From Lama guanicoe (lineage: Eukaryota), in contig MU054001.1 in assembly GCA_013239625.1 (NCBI GenBank), positions 2,424,151 to 2,488,150 on the forward strand: a stretch of 64,000 nt of DNA. The letters are read 5' to 3'. The notes beneath the pieces were generated by a model that had not been told where the DNA came from, did no database searches, and saw only the letters and a program-made list of their open reading frames with translations. The position numbers were made by a program, and so were the translations under genes. Positions 1 to 12,854 of the stretch are shown here, one piece after another (position 1 is the stretch's first letter; each line of letters begins with the position of its first letter).

Positions 1-2323
1 AGGGTCAAGAACTTTGACTTAATAGAACACATTTTCTGTTATCTCTGGAGGGTTTATGTTTCCCTGGAGAAGTATGATCTTTTATGTTGAGAATTTCCCT
101 GCTATATGTATCCTTCCCCCCGCCCCCAAGTTGTGCATTACGATAGGCAGTTTCACCTCTTTATAATCTGATGAAAATCATTCAAACATGATGAAAGTGA
201 AAGTTCCGGCGATAGGCGTAGTTTTTGAGGGTGTGGTCTTTCTGTGCCTGCTTGCTTTTGGCGTGGAGTGTTTGGACAGCACAGTGTAGGAAGCAGCTCA
301 TGGCCAGCGCCAGATGAACGTCCCTCAAGGAGTCTTGTTTCTTATCTCTGGGGCCTTATTATACAGGGTTTATTTTCAATGTTAATCTGGATGTGAAGGC
401 AGCTGCAATTCTTTTTAAAAAAATCATACGCTAAATTATTTTTATTATGGCCAAAGAAATTTATAGATAGTTTCTATAGATAGATCTTACTTTTCCCCTC
501 CTTTATAGAATATGTGGTAATTTTTCCTTTGTGCCATATATATTCTTCCACTAGTAGCAATGAGAAAAAAAATTCTCTTTCTAGGAATAAATGGAGTCAG
601 TATAGGTTGATAAATATGTACATTTTATATAAGAGTCATTGTAAATAAGGTGCTAGCATTTTATTTTAAAGCCAAGTAGTTTGTCTTTTAAAAAAAATGT
701 TTCTAAGCAAAAATTTCCTCCTCCAATAGGTTGCATTTTAACTGTGGCATAGCAAGAGGATTAGTAAATTTTTAGATAGGATGTACATACTGTTTTTGGT
801 TTTAAATGTAGCCTAGCTAATATCCCTTTGTGATTGTTTTAAGATTTTTTTCATGTTTTACCTCCTTTTTGGTCACTTTTGCATGTACAGCTTGATATAA
901 TTTGCCTTCATATAGTTGAGTCACTCTTCTGGAATAGAATTTGGATTTTGCTGAAGCGAGTAAAATTTGATATGTGATTTAAAAAGAGCTGCTTACAAAT
1001 TGCTGTATAATCATATCTTTTTAAATCCATGCAAGGAAATGTTAAGGTAATCTTGAATGTATTGGTATACAATGACTGTTTGGGACTCTTAAAAATAAAA
1101 TGCCTCCCTTAGTTAGGAATTCTTAAATTCATGGTTAGTTTATGTAAAATGCTAAAATACATTTGAGCTATACACCAGATTAACCTTGACATCTTGACTG
1201 AATTCCATGATTTGTCTTCAGGATGAAAGCCAACAGCTCCTACTTTGAAGGGATTTTATTTTATGGCTATGTTTAAGAAACCATTAGCCTCATACTCAAA
1301 CTAATTAAAATATAGGTCTAGGAGAAAAAAAAAACCTCCTTTAAAAGTAAATAAAAGATATAAAATCTTAAGTTATGGATTTCAGACTAGTTGTTTGGAA
1401 GGAATGTAATTTCCCTCCCTCCTGCCCCGAGACCTTATCAGAAGTGGGGTTTAGAGTCTCGTGTGAGCCCTTTCCTAGTAAAAGATTTTAGATAAATAAG
1501 CAAACATAGCTGGTAGGATACAGAGAACTAATGAAAGCTATACGATCACCCATCTGGTAAAAAGTTGTCCCTGCAGCATTCAAGCAATCATAAAATCACG
1601 GAAAAAATGTATGTAATCAAGATATTCTTGCAGTGTGAGCAAAAACTCCCTGCCCTGCGCTGTGAAACACTAGCCCTGACAAGTTTCCGTAGCCAGAACA
1701 GTACCAGGGGGTTCACACACTCTTAAAATTTCTTATCAAATATCTCAGACTTGCTCTTAAACTTCTGGAAATGATAGATGCGAATTAACAGACATTTCCC
1801 AGACCTCACAGGTAAGCCTGTCTGATTTAAATGATCATGGATTGCGTGTGCTGGTGAACTCTTACCACTCGTGATTTTTGAGTTAAGTAGGCTTCCAGTG
1901 TTTGGTGTGTCAAATATGACTGACAGTGGAAAATAAACACAGTTAAGTCACATCATTCTTCGGGAAGAATTTATAGGTTTTTTTGGCTCTCTTTTCAGTG
2001 TTAGCCTTAGAATGTGTTCAACTATTTCTGTTTCTTGACTTATTCGAAAACAGGATAAAAAGGCGCAACTGAGTATTTATCTAAATGGAAAGCTTCAGCG
2101 CTGACAACCAACTAGTTGACACATATTTGAAACACATCTCAGATAATCCCTAATTGCAGTCAATAATCTTATAAGTACATAGATCCGATGTCAGCATAAT
2201 GCCCACTTGAAAAAAACACTGATTGTGTTTGGATGGTGTAGAAGCAATAATCCTGTGATATTTATTTTAAAAAAAAACTTTAAATAGCTTTTGTTGATGC
2301 TTAATGTATGAATTGATCTCCGT

Positions 2324-2531
2324 CAGGACTGCGTAGTCTCGGCGCTGTCGGCATTTTGGACAGGATAATTTTTTTGTCTTGGGAGCTGCTCTGTGCATTG
2401 GAGGCTGTTTAGCAACACCCCTCGCTTTTACCCGCTAGATGCTGGAAGCCATGACAATAAAAAATCTCTCTAGACATGACCAGATGTGCCCTGGGGTTGG
2501 GGTGCAAAATTTCCCCGGTGGAGAATCACTG
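2324..2531 (-). mobile_element. MER20 (hAT-Charlie MITE)
   Basis: The reverse complement matches the MER20 consensus as recalled (cagtgattctc...aattttgcacccc...cccagggcacatctggtcatgtctagagag...). Confidence 0.85.
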
Positions 2532-3453
2532 ATCTGTATACGTGTATATTTATGTATCTGGGTATCTATAAGCTTTATCTGCATCTCTCTATTAGCATAT
2601 TTGTTTTGGGCACCTGAACATGATATGATGTGGCTTAAGAGCATTACATTTTATACTTGAGAGATCAAAGAATGGAGGACAACATAGAAAGTCATTGATG
2701 TTTTGATGAAATTCACACCAAATCATAATTAGAGGGATTGGTTGAAATTAGAGAACATACGTTTACCCTTGGTTGGTAGAGTTCAGTTACTGAACTAAAG
2801 AAATGTTGTGATTAGTTAAAATGTTTTCATTTAAGAATACCGGGGAGGAACATTTTGCTTAATTTGTTGTTCCTTTTTTACATTTGAAATTTCATATGGT
2901 TGTGCAAAAAGGAAGGCCCAAGAGACGTACTGAGGGTATTCGGTATAAATATGTCACGTCATTAGGGACCTTAAAGTTTGTTTTCAGTGAGGAAGTCTCT
3001 AAGGTCCTCAGTCGTTTGACTGCAGCCTGAACTACAAAATCTGGCAGTACAAGGAAAATAACTCAGATTTTGTCTTATATGACTTTCCATTTCTATTTTG
3101 TTTTAAGGCTTGGCAATGCTTTGGCAAACCATAACGGTGGTTCACCTGAATTTGAAGTGGACTGAGTCATGTCTTTAACCATGCTTGCTACCTGTGCAAG
3201 TAGCAACCCCTAGGGTTGATCCTGGGGCTGTGGCCTTATCAGTTGAGTACCCACTGTGTGCCAGGGGAGGTGCTACAGTGGCCAGTGGGCCACTCGTACA
3301 ACCTCTGCCCTCAAGGGAGACAGATGCGGAAATAGATCATTCCAGCACAGTGTAGTGAGGGACAGGCCCCCTTTGAGCTTGGAAGAGAAGAATCCAGTGC
3401 AGCCAGGGGTGGACAAGGTGGTGTCAAGGAAGGCTTTTCAAGGTGTTGTTTTC

Positions 3454-4619
3454 TTTTTGTTTTTTCCAGTTTTATTAAGATATAATTGACATACAACATG
3501 GTATAAGTTTAAGGTGTCCAGCATAACAATTTGACTTACATACATTATGAAATGATTATCACAGTAAGTTTCGTGAACATCTCCTATAGATACAAAATTA
3601 AAGAAATAGAAAATTGTTTTCCTAGTGATGAGAACTCTTAGGATTTATTCTCTTAACAACTTTCATATATAACATACAGCAGTGTTAGCTATATGTATCA
3701 TATGCTGTACATTACATCCCTAGGACTTATTTATCTTATACTGGAAGTTTGTACCATTTGACCACCTTCATCTGATTCCTTCTCCCCACCCCCCAGCTCT
3801 TGCAACCACAAATCTGATCTCTTTTTCTATGAGTTTGTTTGTTTTTGAACTATAACTGACCTACAACACTGTGTTAGTTCCTACATCAACTGACCTACAT
3901 CACTATGTTAGTTCACAACATAGTGATTCAGTATTTCTATACATTTCAGAGTGATTGCCATGATATGTCACCATATGAAGATATTACATTGTTACTGACT
4001 GTATTCCCCACACTGTACATTTCATACCTGTGACTCGTTTACTTTGCAACTGGAAGTTTGTACCTTTTACCCTCTCCCACCTATTTCCATCCTCCTCCCA
4101 GCCCCTCCCCTCTGGCAGCCATCTCTTTGTTCTTTGTATCTATAACTCTGTTTCTGTTTCATTATGTTTGTTCATTTGTTTTGTTTTGTAGATTCACATA
4201 TAAGTGATATCATACGGTATTTATCTTTCTCTGACTAATTTCACTTCGTACAATACCCTCTAGGTCCACCCATGTTGTCCCAAATGGCAAGATTTCATTC
4301 TTTTTTATGGCTGAGTAGTATTCCATTGTCAATACATACCACATCTTCTTTATCCAGTCATCTATTGATGGATACTTAGGTTGCTTCCATATCTTGGCTA
4401 TTGTGAATCATGCTGGTATGAACATAAAGGGTGCATATACCTTTTCAAATTAGTGTTTTCACTTTCTTCAGATAAATACCCAGCAGTGGCATTGCTGGAT
4501 CATACAGTAGTTCTATTTTTAATTTTTTGATGAATTTCCATACTGTTTTCCATAGTGACTGCACCAATTTATATTCCCACCAACTGTGTATAAGGGTTCC
4601 CTTCCTTTTCTCTGCATTC
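3454..4619 (-). mobile_element. 5'-truncated L1 (ORF2 C-terminus and 3' UTR) with 15-bp TSD
   Basis: ORF2 motif [37 protein letters not shown] on the - strand. T-rich tail at 3454. Flanks are caaggtgttgttttc (3439-3453) and caaggtggtgttttc (4620-4634). Confidence 0.93.
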
Positions 4620-5149
4620 CAAGGTGGTGTTTTCAGAACATCCATGAAGATGTTCTGTGCATCAGTGGATCTGTTTATTATAAACGAATTCACACTGAAG
4701 TGCCCCTGACAGGTGAGGACTGTGTTGTTATTCCTCCCTGGGATATTAGAGTTTATCATGAGACACAGCCCTTTCTAAACCCAAGCAACGCACTGCTAGT
4801 AACAGAAATTTGCTTGTGAACGTCAGCTCTTTTGGAGAAGGGATAGGGGTCTTTCTGGTTCTTAATGAGATCAAAGAAAGTAGCCACCTTTTCCATCTGG
4901 ATTAATGGCTACTCTTTGCTCTCATTTCAGTGCTCCTCAAGAAACCAAAATAGACCAAGCACATCTAATTTACAAGTTGCTATCATTATGTAAAAGACAC
5001 CCACAATTTGCCAAATACAATGGAAGACACACAGAAAAGACGTTATTGTTACCTTCTTGAAGTTATACTCTGAATCTTATCTGGCTTATTGTCACTGGTA
5101 TTCCTTCTCCTCTGTCTTTAATCTTTCCTCTACCTGCAAGCATCTGCAA

Positions 5150-5600
5150 GTCTCCTTTTATCCATAGAGCATGTCTAAGCTAAACCTCTCCAGAGTGCAG
5201 TCTATACTTGGTGGCTTTCATTTCAACCCTCACACTGTCCTCCCTGAAAGAATGAACGCATCCCCATTTCTGTGTCTGCCAGGCCCACTTTTTACGACAT
5301 TAGACCTTGCCCAAGTAGTTTTCTCTACCAGAGTGCTCTTGTCTGGCAGGCAAGCTCCTACATATCCTTCAAGACCCTACAGAAATGGCTCCTCTTATTT
5401 GAAACCTTCTGCTGGCTTTCCAGAGGGAGTGCTTTGCACGTATCTCTAGTGTAACACCTGTCATGTGGAGTCACACCTATCTTTTGCATTAGCACTTTTT
5501 TGGATTAAAAAAAGTGTTAGTCACATATTTTTTACCCAATATCTACATCGTGCCTTTTATGTTGTAGGCACTTAATAAATGTTATATGAAGTGTTTCAGT
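5150..5600 (+). mobile_element. Degenerate L2 3' fragment
   Basis: Ends in the L2-like terminus gtaggcacttaataaatgtt...tgaa. Boundaries approximate. Confidence 0.5.
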
Positions 5601-5759
5601 GATCCATTTATTTTCCCCAGATTATCACATTCCTACCTTTCTGGGCTCCTCACTCTCAACTTCCTGACATTAATCAAGTGCCTCTTCCATGTAAGACCCT
5701 TTGCTGGGGGCTCTGTCTTGTCTTACTCCTCCCCACACAGCCCGGTCCCACAGAGTTTG

Positions 5760-5880
5760 ATCCTTTCCTCCTTAGAAATGAGGAAGCAAGCTCAGAGAAG
5801 TAACATGAAGCAATGTACCAGATGATGCCCAGTAGGGAAGTGGTGAAGCTGGGATTTGAACTTGGATCTCTCTGGCTCAT
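5760..5880 (-). mobile_element. MIR fragment
   Basis: Core-like text aaatgaggaagcaagctcagagaagtaacatga...ctgggatttgaac. Confidence 0.65.
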
Positions 5881-6097
5881 TCGTTCCCTCAAGTGTTCAG
5901 CTGCTAGACACTGAGGCCCTGCCAACTGTGGGCAGTCACTGGCCTGGGACTGGAGGAGGCCACACTGAACCAGACGGATTCCTTGTCACTGTGGACTCTC
6001 CATTCTAGTGAGGCAGTAAAGAGATGGGTGACTAAATGCAGTGAAGTCAGGCAGTGACAAGTCCTGTGAAGGGACATATAGACATCAGACAGACCAT

Positions 6098-6100
<3 letters not shown>

Positions 6101-6144
<44 letters not shown>
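6101..6144. repeat. Compound microsatellite (TG)15(AG)7
   Basis: Read directly from the sequence. Confidence 0.97.
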
Positions 6145-6549
6145 TGTAGCTAAGCTGGTCTGGGAGCGGACATCAAGTAGAAACCTGCATGAAGTAATGA
6201 CAGAGGGGAGAGTGGTCCAGGCCGGGAGGGCAGCAGGTGCACCAGCCCAGAGAAGGGAGTGAGGAACAGCCAGGGCGCAGGCCTTCTCAAGAGGGAGTTT
6301 GGAGGAGGAACCAGCAGCCTGATTATGGGGGAACTTGGAGCCCTTGGACAGGAGTTGGGGTTTTACTCTAAACATCACTGGGAAGCCATTGGAGCTCTTG
6401 TAAGTAGTTAAACCCTCCTGTGCTGTCATATGAGCCCCCGCAGATTGTAAAACAGATATGCTTGGTCTGGTTTGGTTTCTGCAAGACTCTTTGAAATGTC
6501 ACCTTAGCCATTAGTACAAATAGAAAAGGTGGCTTTTGTGCACTAACCC

Positions 6550-6700
6550 ATTTAGTTCTCAAAACCCCCAGGATGAGGCAAATGCTGCTCTTATCCCCGC
6601 ATTATAGGAGGGAAAACTGAAGGCCAGGGAGGCTAAACAGCTCGTGCACAATTCCATGGCTCGCAAGTCGCCCGGCTAGGGTTTGAACTTGTCCTTAAGA
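6550..6700 (-). mobile_element. MIR fragment
   Basis: ttatccccgcattataggagggaaaactgaaggccagggaggctaa...gggtttgaac. Confidence 0.65.
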
Positions 6701-8185
6701 TGGAGTTCGGTAACTTGCCTGCCATCCCATAACTAGGTGGAGCGCAAAGCCAGTTGGTCTGACTCGTGCTGAAGTGCTGTCTGTGTTTCATTCATCCAGC
6801 CATTGCCCCTGCCCAGTCTAGGCACCTGCAGCTCCATGCCTGCCTTGGTGAGTTAACTGGTCTCCTGGCTTCCGCATTTCCTACTCCCGATCTTGTCCTC
6901 GGGGAGCTTTACCTCTCTCTCTCTCTCCCCCTCTTCTCTCCAACAAAATCCTTCATGGAGCATCCTATTTAGTACATTTCGACTATCTATCTGACTGGCC
7001 TTCAGGGCCCTCCAGAGCCTGGACACCGAGCATCTCTAGCAGCTGCCCTGCCCTTCCCTCAATACCCGCACCTCCCCTGCAGCCGGACGGGTCTCTGTTC
7101 TTTGAAGGAAGCCCGTGCACACTGAGGTCTGCAGCTTCGCTCAGCCCATTCCCTCCGCCTGGGACGCCCCCTCCTCCTGCCTTCTTCTGTGGCTCAAGAC
7201 TTGTTCCTTGGAATGGCCATCCCCTTTTGATTCTGTCTCCTTAGCTTACAAGGCCATTTGTCAGTGTCCCGCACTGACCCCGCCCTTAGGTTGATAAATG
7301 TTTTTGTTCTGTCGCCCTCACTGAGCTGTCATCCCTTAAAACCAACAATCATATCTTCTACTTCCGCTTCTTGGCATCTTCAGAAAGGTAGACACAGCCC
7401 CAACCATATCCTTTTAATTAGCATCTCATAGGTACTCAGTTAAGTGTGGGTAAGTCTCTGGGGAGGAAGAAGTGAGATAAACCATAATTACACAAAAGGT
7501 GCAGTCACTCCACAGCCTGTGACTTATCATTGGCCCCCTTTGGTGTATATTTAAGGAAAAGCAGGCCTTTTCCCATTCTCTAAATATTAGTCATGCTCGG
7601 TTGCTGGACCAGTTCCAAAGAGTGCTCCATTTTGCCAAAAAGAAAGCTGATTTCGGAAGCTTAGTATCCCCCTCTACTTCTATTTGTTTTTCTGGTATTA
7701 AACAAGTGCAGTTGGGTTTGAGAGGGTGTTGGAGTTATTTTTCTTTTTTTTTTTTTTCCTAGCTACTTCTAACTTGTCCAGATGGCTGTGCAATTCACAG
7801 ACTCGAATGTGTCCAGATCATGAAAATCCAAAGGCCTGCCTGTTTGGGTGGAGTCCATATGTTTAAGCGCTGTTGTTCCTTGTGTGGGTCCACAGACGAG
7901 TGGAAAATCTAACAGGGGAACTCGCATTTCCTACTTGGTCCAACTTAAGATGCTTCTAGTCTTCCTTCTGGTCATGAGGGGAGAGGAGGGGGCGATGGTC
8001 ACCTCACAAGCGATTGCCTTTACCTCCAAGTGAGAAAGGTGAGAAGAGATTGTAAGTGATTGAACTGGGCCGTTATTACTCCGTCCTGTGCTGCGTCAGC
8101 ATTTCAGTAAGATCATCATCAGATGTATGAAAAGGACTTTTTAAAGAAAGAAATTTCCACCCATTAGTCTAAAAGTACCTAGGCT

Positions 8186-8364
8186 CATAGTTCTCAAATA
8201 TTAGTAAGTTTTAGAATTTCTGAGAAGCTGGTTAAAAATACAGACTTTTAGAGCCTTGCTTCCTAGAGATTCTGACATAGTAAATCCAGGGTGGGGATCA
8301 GGTCATTGTTAAACAGGCATCTGGTTATTCCGTGGTCCCTAGCACCACACTTTGAGAAACACTG
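8186..8364. mobile_element. MER5-family hAT MITE
   Basis: Inverted termini atagttctcaaa...tttgagaaacactg and internal agagattctga...gggtgggg. Confidence 0.75.
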
Positions 8365-8854
8365 AGCTAGACCATAAAAAACAAAAATTAAAAAAAACCC
8401 AATATTTTAAATTAGAAAAAATCAACTCTCAAATGTAATGCTCAAATTCTTGCCCCATCAGTGTTAGACTGTTGGCTTCCTCTACTCTTATCTTTTTGCC
8501 TGCAGGCCAGAATCCATCGTATTCATTACAGCTTGTTTTTAGCCACTGAAGGCATCCATGTTTAACACTCCAACCCGACCACCTAGGCCTCTATGTCTTT
8601 TCTGGAAAAGGGTTAGTGCATTTTCTAGAATAAAGCATTGTTTTTCAAGCTAAGGATCTCCAGTGTTTAAAATATTCATTTTATGAGAATATATAACTCT
8701 TCCCATTACCACTTTTTTCCCCCACAGGTGTGGTTTGTGGAGGGACCTAACCTTGCTATCTCCTCTTCACTTAAATTTCAAACGCTTACTCTGTCCCCTC
8801 CTTGGCTTGGTGGGCCATTCTAAGTATTATCCTTTCACATCTAGAAATTAATTC

Positions 8855-9800
8855 AGCTGTTTCTTCATTCAGTAGAGATTCACTGAACACCCACTATTTA
8901 TCAAACACACTTCTTGGCCCTGGGATTTGTGTCAGCAACAGATAATACATACTTATTCTCATTAAACGTACAACCTAGTGAAGAAGAAAGACAGTAAATA
9001 TTTTATGTTGAAAAGTGTCATGGAAAAAATCGAGTAGGGTAAAAAGGATAGCGTGCTGGAGGAGGAGGAGGGCTGGGAAGAAATGTTATGTGCTGGTCAG
9101 AGAGGTAACATTTGAGAAAAGACTCAGAAAGGAGGGGAGTGAGCAAGCCATGGGGACACCTGGACTGATGACAGTCTGGTCAGAGGATGCAAAGGCCCTG
9201 AGACGGGAATGTGTCTGGGGTATTGAAAGAACAGCAAGGAAGCTGGCGAGACTTGAAGCGGGGAGGACATTAGCGAGGGCCAGAGAAGAAATGGGGCCAC
9301 TGGTAAGGACTTGAGCTTCTTCCCTGAGTGGATAGGAAGCCACTGAAAAGTTTGGAGCAGAGGAGTGATGTGATCTGACTTGGATTTTCAAAGGATCCCT
9401 TTGGCTCTGTGCTGAGAATAGACTGTGGTGGGAGCATGGTAGAGCCAACGGGACCTGCCAGGAGGCTCCAGCAGGAATCCAGGCAGGAATGGAGGGCCTG
9501 GGCCTGCGGGGGTGGCAGGCGGTCAGCTGTGGTTATAATTGGAAAGATGAGCCAACAGAATCTTTTGATGATTTGATGGAGAAAGGGAGAGAGAAAGAGT
9601 GGATTCAAGGCTGGTTTTTGGCCTGAGTCACCGGAACTGAGTCACTTCCCCATCAGAGGAGACGAGGAAAGGCTGCGGGTGGAGTGGCTCGGGGAGAAGA
9701 TGAGGAATTCAGTTTTGTTCATAGGATTGAGATGCCTGTTGGCATCCCAGGGGAAGTGCCGTGGGCAGTTGTATACATGAGTCTGGCGCTCAAGAGATAA
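8855..9800 (-). mobile_element. L2 element
   Basis: Starts with cattcag...ctgaacacccacta. Typical L2 text includes aagccactgaaaagttt and atgtgatctgacttggattttcaaaggatccctttggct. Confidence 0.85.
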
Positions 9801-11989
9801 TTATCTAGGCATTTTTAGTGTATGCAAAGGCAAACAATATTTTTGAAAGTCTATATTCTTAAACACAGTCCCGCTTTGTATTTGAACCTGTTAATGTATG
9901 TGTGCATATGGATATATGTATGTGTGTGTATCACTGTATATATGTGAGTGCATAATTCTCCCTCCATATAATTGTATAGGCATAATTAGAAGGGTTGTGT
10001 TTGTGTGTGTGTGTGTGTTCTGCTAATTATACCTGATAGTCCATTGTTTGCAGGTTTTTATTTCCAGACTATTGTTCATCCCCTAACCCTTGGCGTAGAC
10101 TGACTTTATTCACCGCGTCATTCTTTGTTTCCTGATGTGGCGTTCCAGGTCCACCCCTGATAACCATCACCAGTATTATCATTCGCCATGCTGGGCTTGT
10201 GTTCACTCTTTTGGGCTTTATATCTTGGAATGGATGACCAACAGTTAGAACTTGATTATCTCTGATAAGTGCTCTTCCACAGAGTGGTTAACAGAGCCTT
10301 CGAGAGTGTGTGAACTTAGCAGTGCAGCCTTCTCCATCACGTGACCCTGCTTGGCACACTTGTTCCACGATGGCACAGTTCATCTGTGTCAGCAACTTGA
10401 CAGATGTCCTTACTGAGGCATCAAATTGGATGGTGTCTGCTAACAAATCTAATGGGAGAAAAAGAAAAGAGAATTTGAAGGATTATCTTTTTTTTTCCTT
10501 TTTTTTTTTTTAAGGATTAAATTTGTGCCATTTCACTGTTTGATACCCTGTCGTTAAGGCTGCTTTATTAGAAGCCTATACAATTCTTCACATGGGTGTC
10601 AAAATAATTTCAGTGAAAATGATGTAGCGTGGACTCATCTAAGTGAAGTACCCGTCTTGTGATTACAGATGGGTTATTGTCTGCTGCTGCACTGTCTTCC
10701 AGGCCCTTTGCTGGACTAGCTAAACTTAACAATCTCCATTAATTTACTTTGGCACTTCACATGGTTAGTCGGGCCGTGGACACGATGGTCTTTAATACAT
10801 TTTTTTTTAATCCTGCCGTGCTCCTTTTTAATTGATGTCCTTCATAAATTGTAGTTGCTGAAGCTGTAATTACTCGTCAAGCGGCGAAAGCAAATCTACC
10901 TCCAAGTACAATGAAGATGTTCTTTTGTGAAATTATTAAGATACAGAAGTTCGACACACAGAGTAATTTAGATCTGCTTTATTTTTATATCTTTGGGGAT
11001 TATATCTTTGGGGATTAGCTATTAGAGCCTCTCAAATTGGAAAGGGCCAGTCATCACCAGTGCACCTCACAAATGTCCCTCCCTCGCAGTGACCACTTCC
11101 CCACGTATATAAGGCCTTTAAAACAGTTGGAATTGGCCTATTTCTTTCATAACATTTTTGTATGCTCTTTAGAGTAGTTAACTCTGTTTTACCTGACGTT
11201 CATTTAACTTATTTGAACTATTTTTTTTTTTTTTGACTCTGGAAATTGCATAGAAGAACCTGTGTCGTAGGAGTTAGGGGACCTCTGAGGGAACATCAGC
11301 GGAGAGTTCTCATCTAGAAAGTTTGGGAGAAGGCCAAATTAAGGTGACTTCAAAGTGCATAATTTAGAAATTCATATTTAGTGAACTCACATAAACTTTG
11401 CTATGGTGCAAAATTAGGATAGTAGCTTTTATAAGAAGGATTCAGGGAAAATAAGAAAGTATTGTCAATGAAGGGTTTGGAACAGGGTTTCCCAAAGTGT
11501 GTCCCCATGAGGTGTTGTAGGGGATACAAAAAGAATGTGTTCCACAGCATATCTGGGGAGGAGTTTACTGTCACCCACATAAAGAAAAATGTCAGCTCCA
11601 TCCAGGTAGGAGGCTTGTCATCATTTTGCCTCCAGTGCCTTGCACATCGTAAGCACGTTAAGTATTTGCTGAACAGTGAACTGCAGGACTTCTCAGAGCC
11701 TTTAACTTTATAGTGAGCATTGTGACTCACCCAGAAAAGAGCAGTCATCTGCAGCCCTTCCTAAACTTCCTGGAATTTGGAACCCTTTTCTTGAGGAGTA
11801 TTTTGCTAGACTTAGGTGCCTTGAAATGCCCTCTGGGAAATTCAAGCTTTGAGGAAGATCATTCATTAAAAATAAAGTTTGAAGACTGACCACTGAGTAA
11901 AATGTTTGCGTTTTTGTGGATACTGGAATATAAGTGATGCAGATCTTGAGGCAGAAGGATGTCAGACTTCCATGATTGCATTTCTGATT

Positions 11990-12160
11990 TTGAGCAAGTT
12001 GCCTGACCCCTGGAAGCCTCAGTGTATTCATCTATAAGTTACATTTCTCTAACTGGTTGTTGGGAAAATAAATTACATTTCGTCCCACCTTGGAAAGTAA
12101 AATGAAATAACATATGTAAGGACTTCACTGGGTAAACACTTGTCATTATTATCATGATAA
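11990..12160 (+). mobile_element. MIR fragment
   Basis: ttgagcaagttgcctgacccctggaagcctcagt...catctataa...taaaatgaaataacatatgtaa. Confidence 0.7.
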
Positions 12161-12648
12161 TCATTAAAAAAAACCCAATAAAAGTGCTCCAGTTAGAAGG
12201 GTGATTATGAGACACTGAAGTTAAAATGTGATCTGCCTTTCTCCCTCTCTCCTTCCTTCCAACAAATACTGGAGGGCCAGGCATTGTTGTTAGTTCCTGG
12301 GGAGACAGTGGTGAACACAGGTAAGGCTGCTTTCCTCCTGAACCTAGAGTTGTTTTTTTTTTTAATATAATGTGTTTATTGATGTGACCGTCTCTTAGAA
12401 CAGACAGTAAATTTGATTGTACACAATTCAGTCAAAGTTAATTGTTCTGAGGTCTTTATGTTAGAGATCTGCCCCAGAGGATCACTTTTTCTCTCAGAAT
12501 CGGATCTGTTCTTACACAAAACAAGTAAAACAAGATTCATAGGTCACATTTTAAGACAAAATAAATAAAATGAAGCAAGCATTACTAGTTAAGGTAAATC
12601 CAATGAAAAACGGTGTCCCTTTCTTCCTAATCAGGTTCACCACCACAG

Positions 12649-12854
12649 TGGGGTGGCCAGAGTTAGTAAATAAAAACAGGCGACACTCAGTTAAATTTGA
12701 CTCCCTGATAAATAAAGAATATATATATATTAGTATAAGTATATCCCAGATACTGCATGGGACATACTTATACTAAAAAAAAATGGTTTATTTGAAAGTC
12801 AAATTTAACTGGGCATCTTGTATTTTTTTTTTTTTTGACTATCCGTCCACTCTA
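12649..12854. mobile_element. MER53 palindromic hAT MITE
   Basis: gggtggccagagttagtaaataaaaa...cagttaaatttga...ttagtataagtat.tccca / tggga.atacttatactaa...tcaaatttaactgg matches the recalled MER53 consensus. Confidence 0.9.

Noticed and set aside
4445..4759. 104-aa ORF on the - strand
   Set aside because: A decayed L1 ORF2 fragment running into flanking DNA past the TSD.
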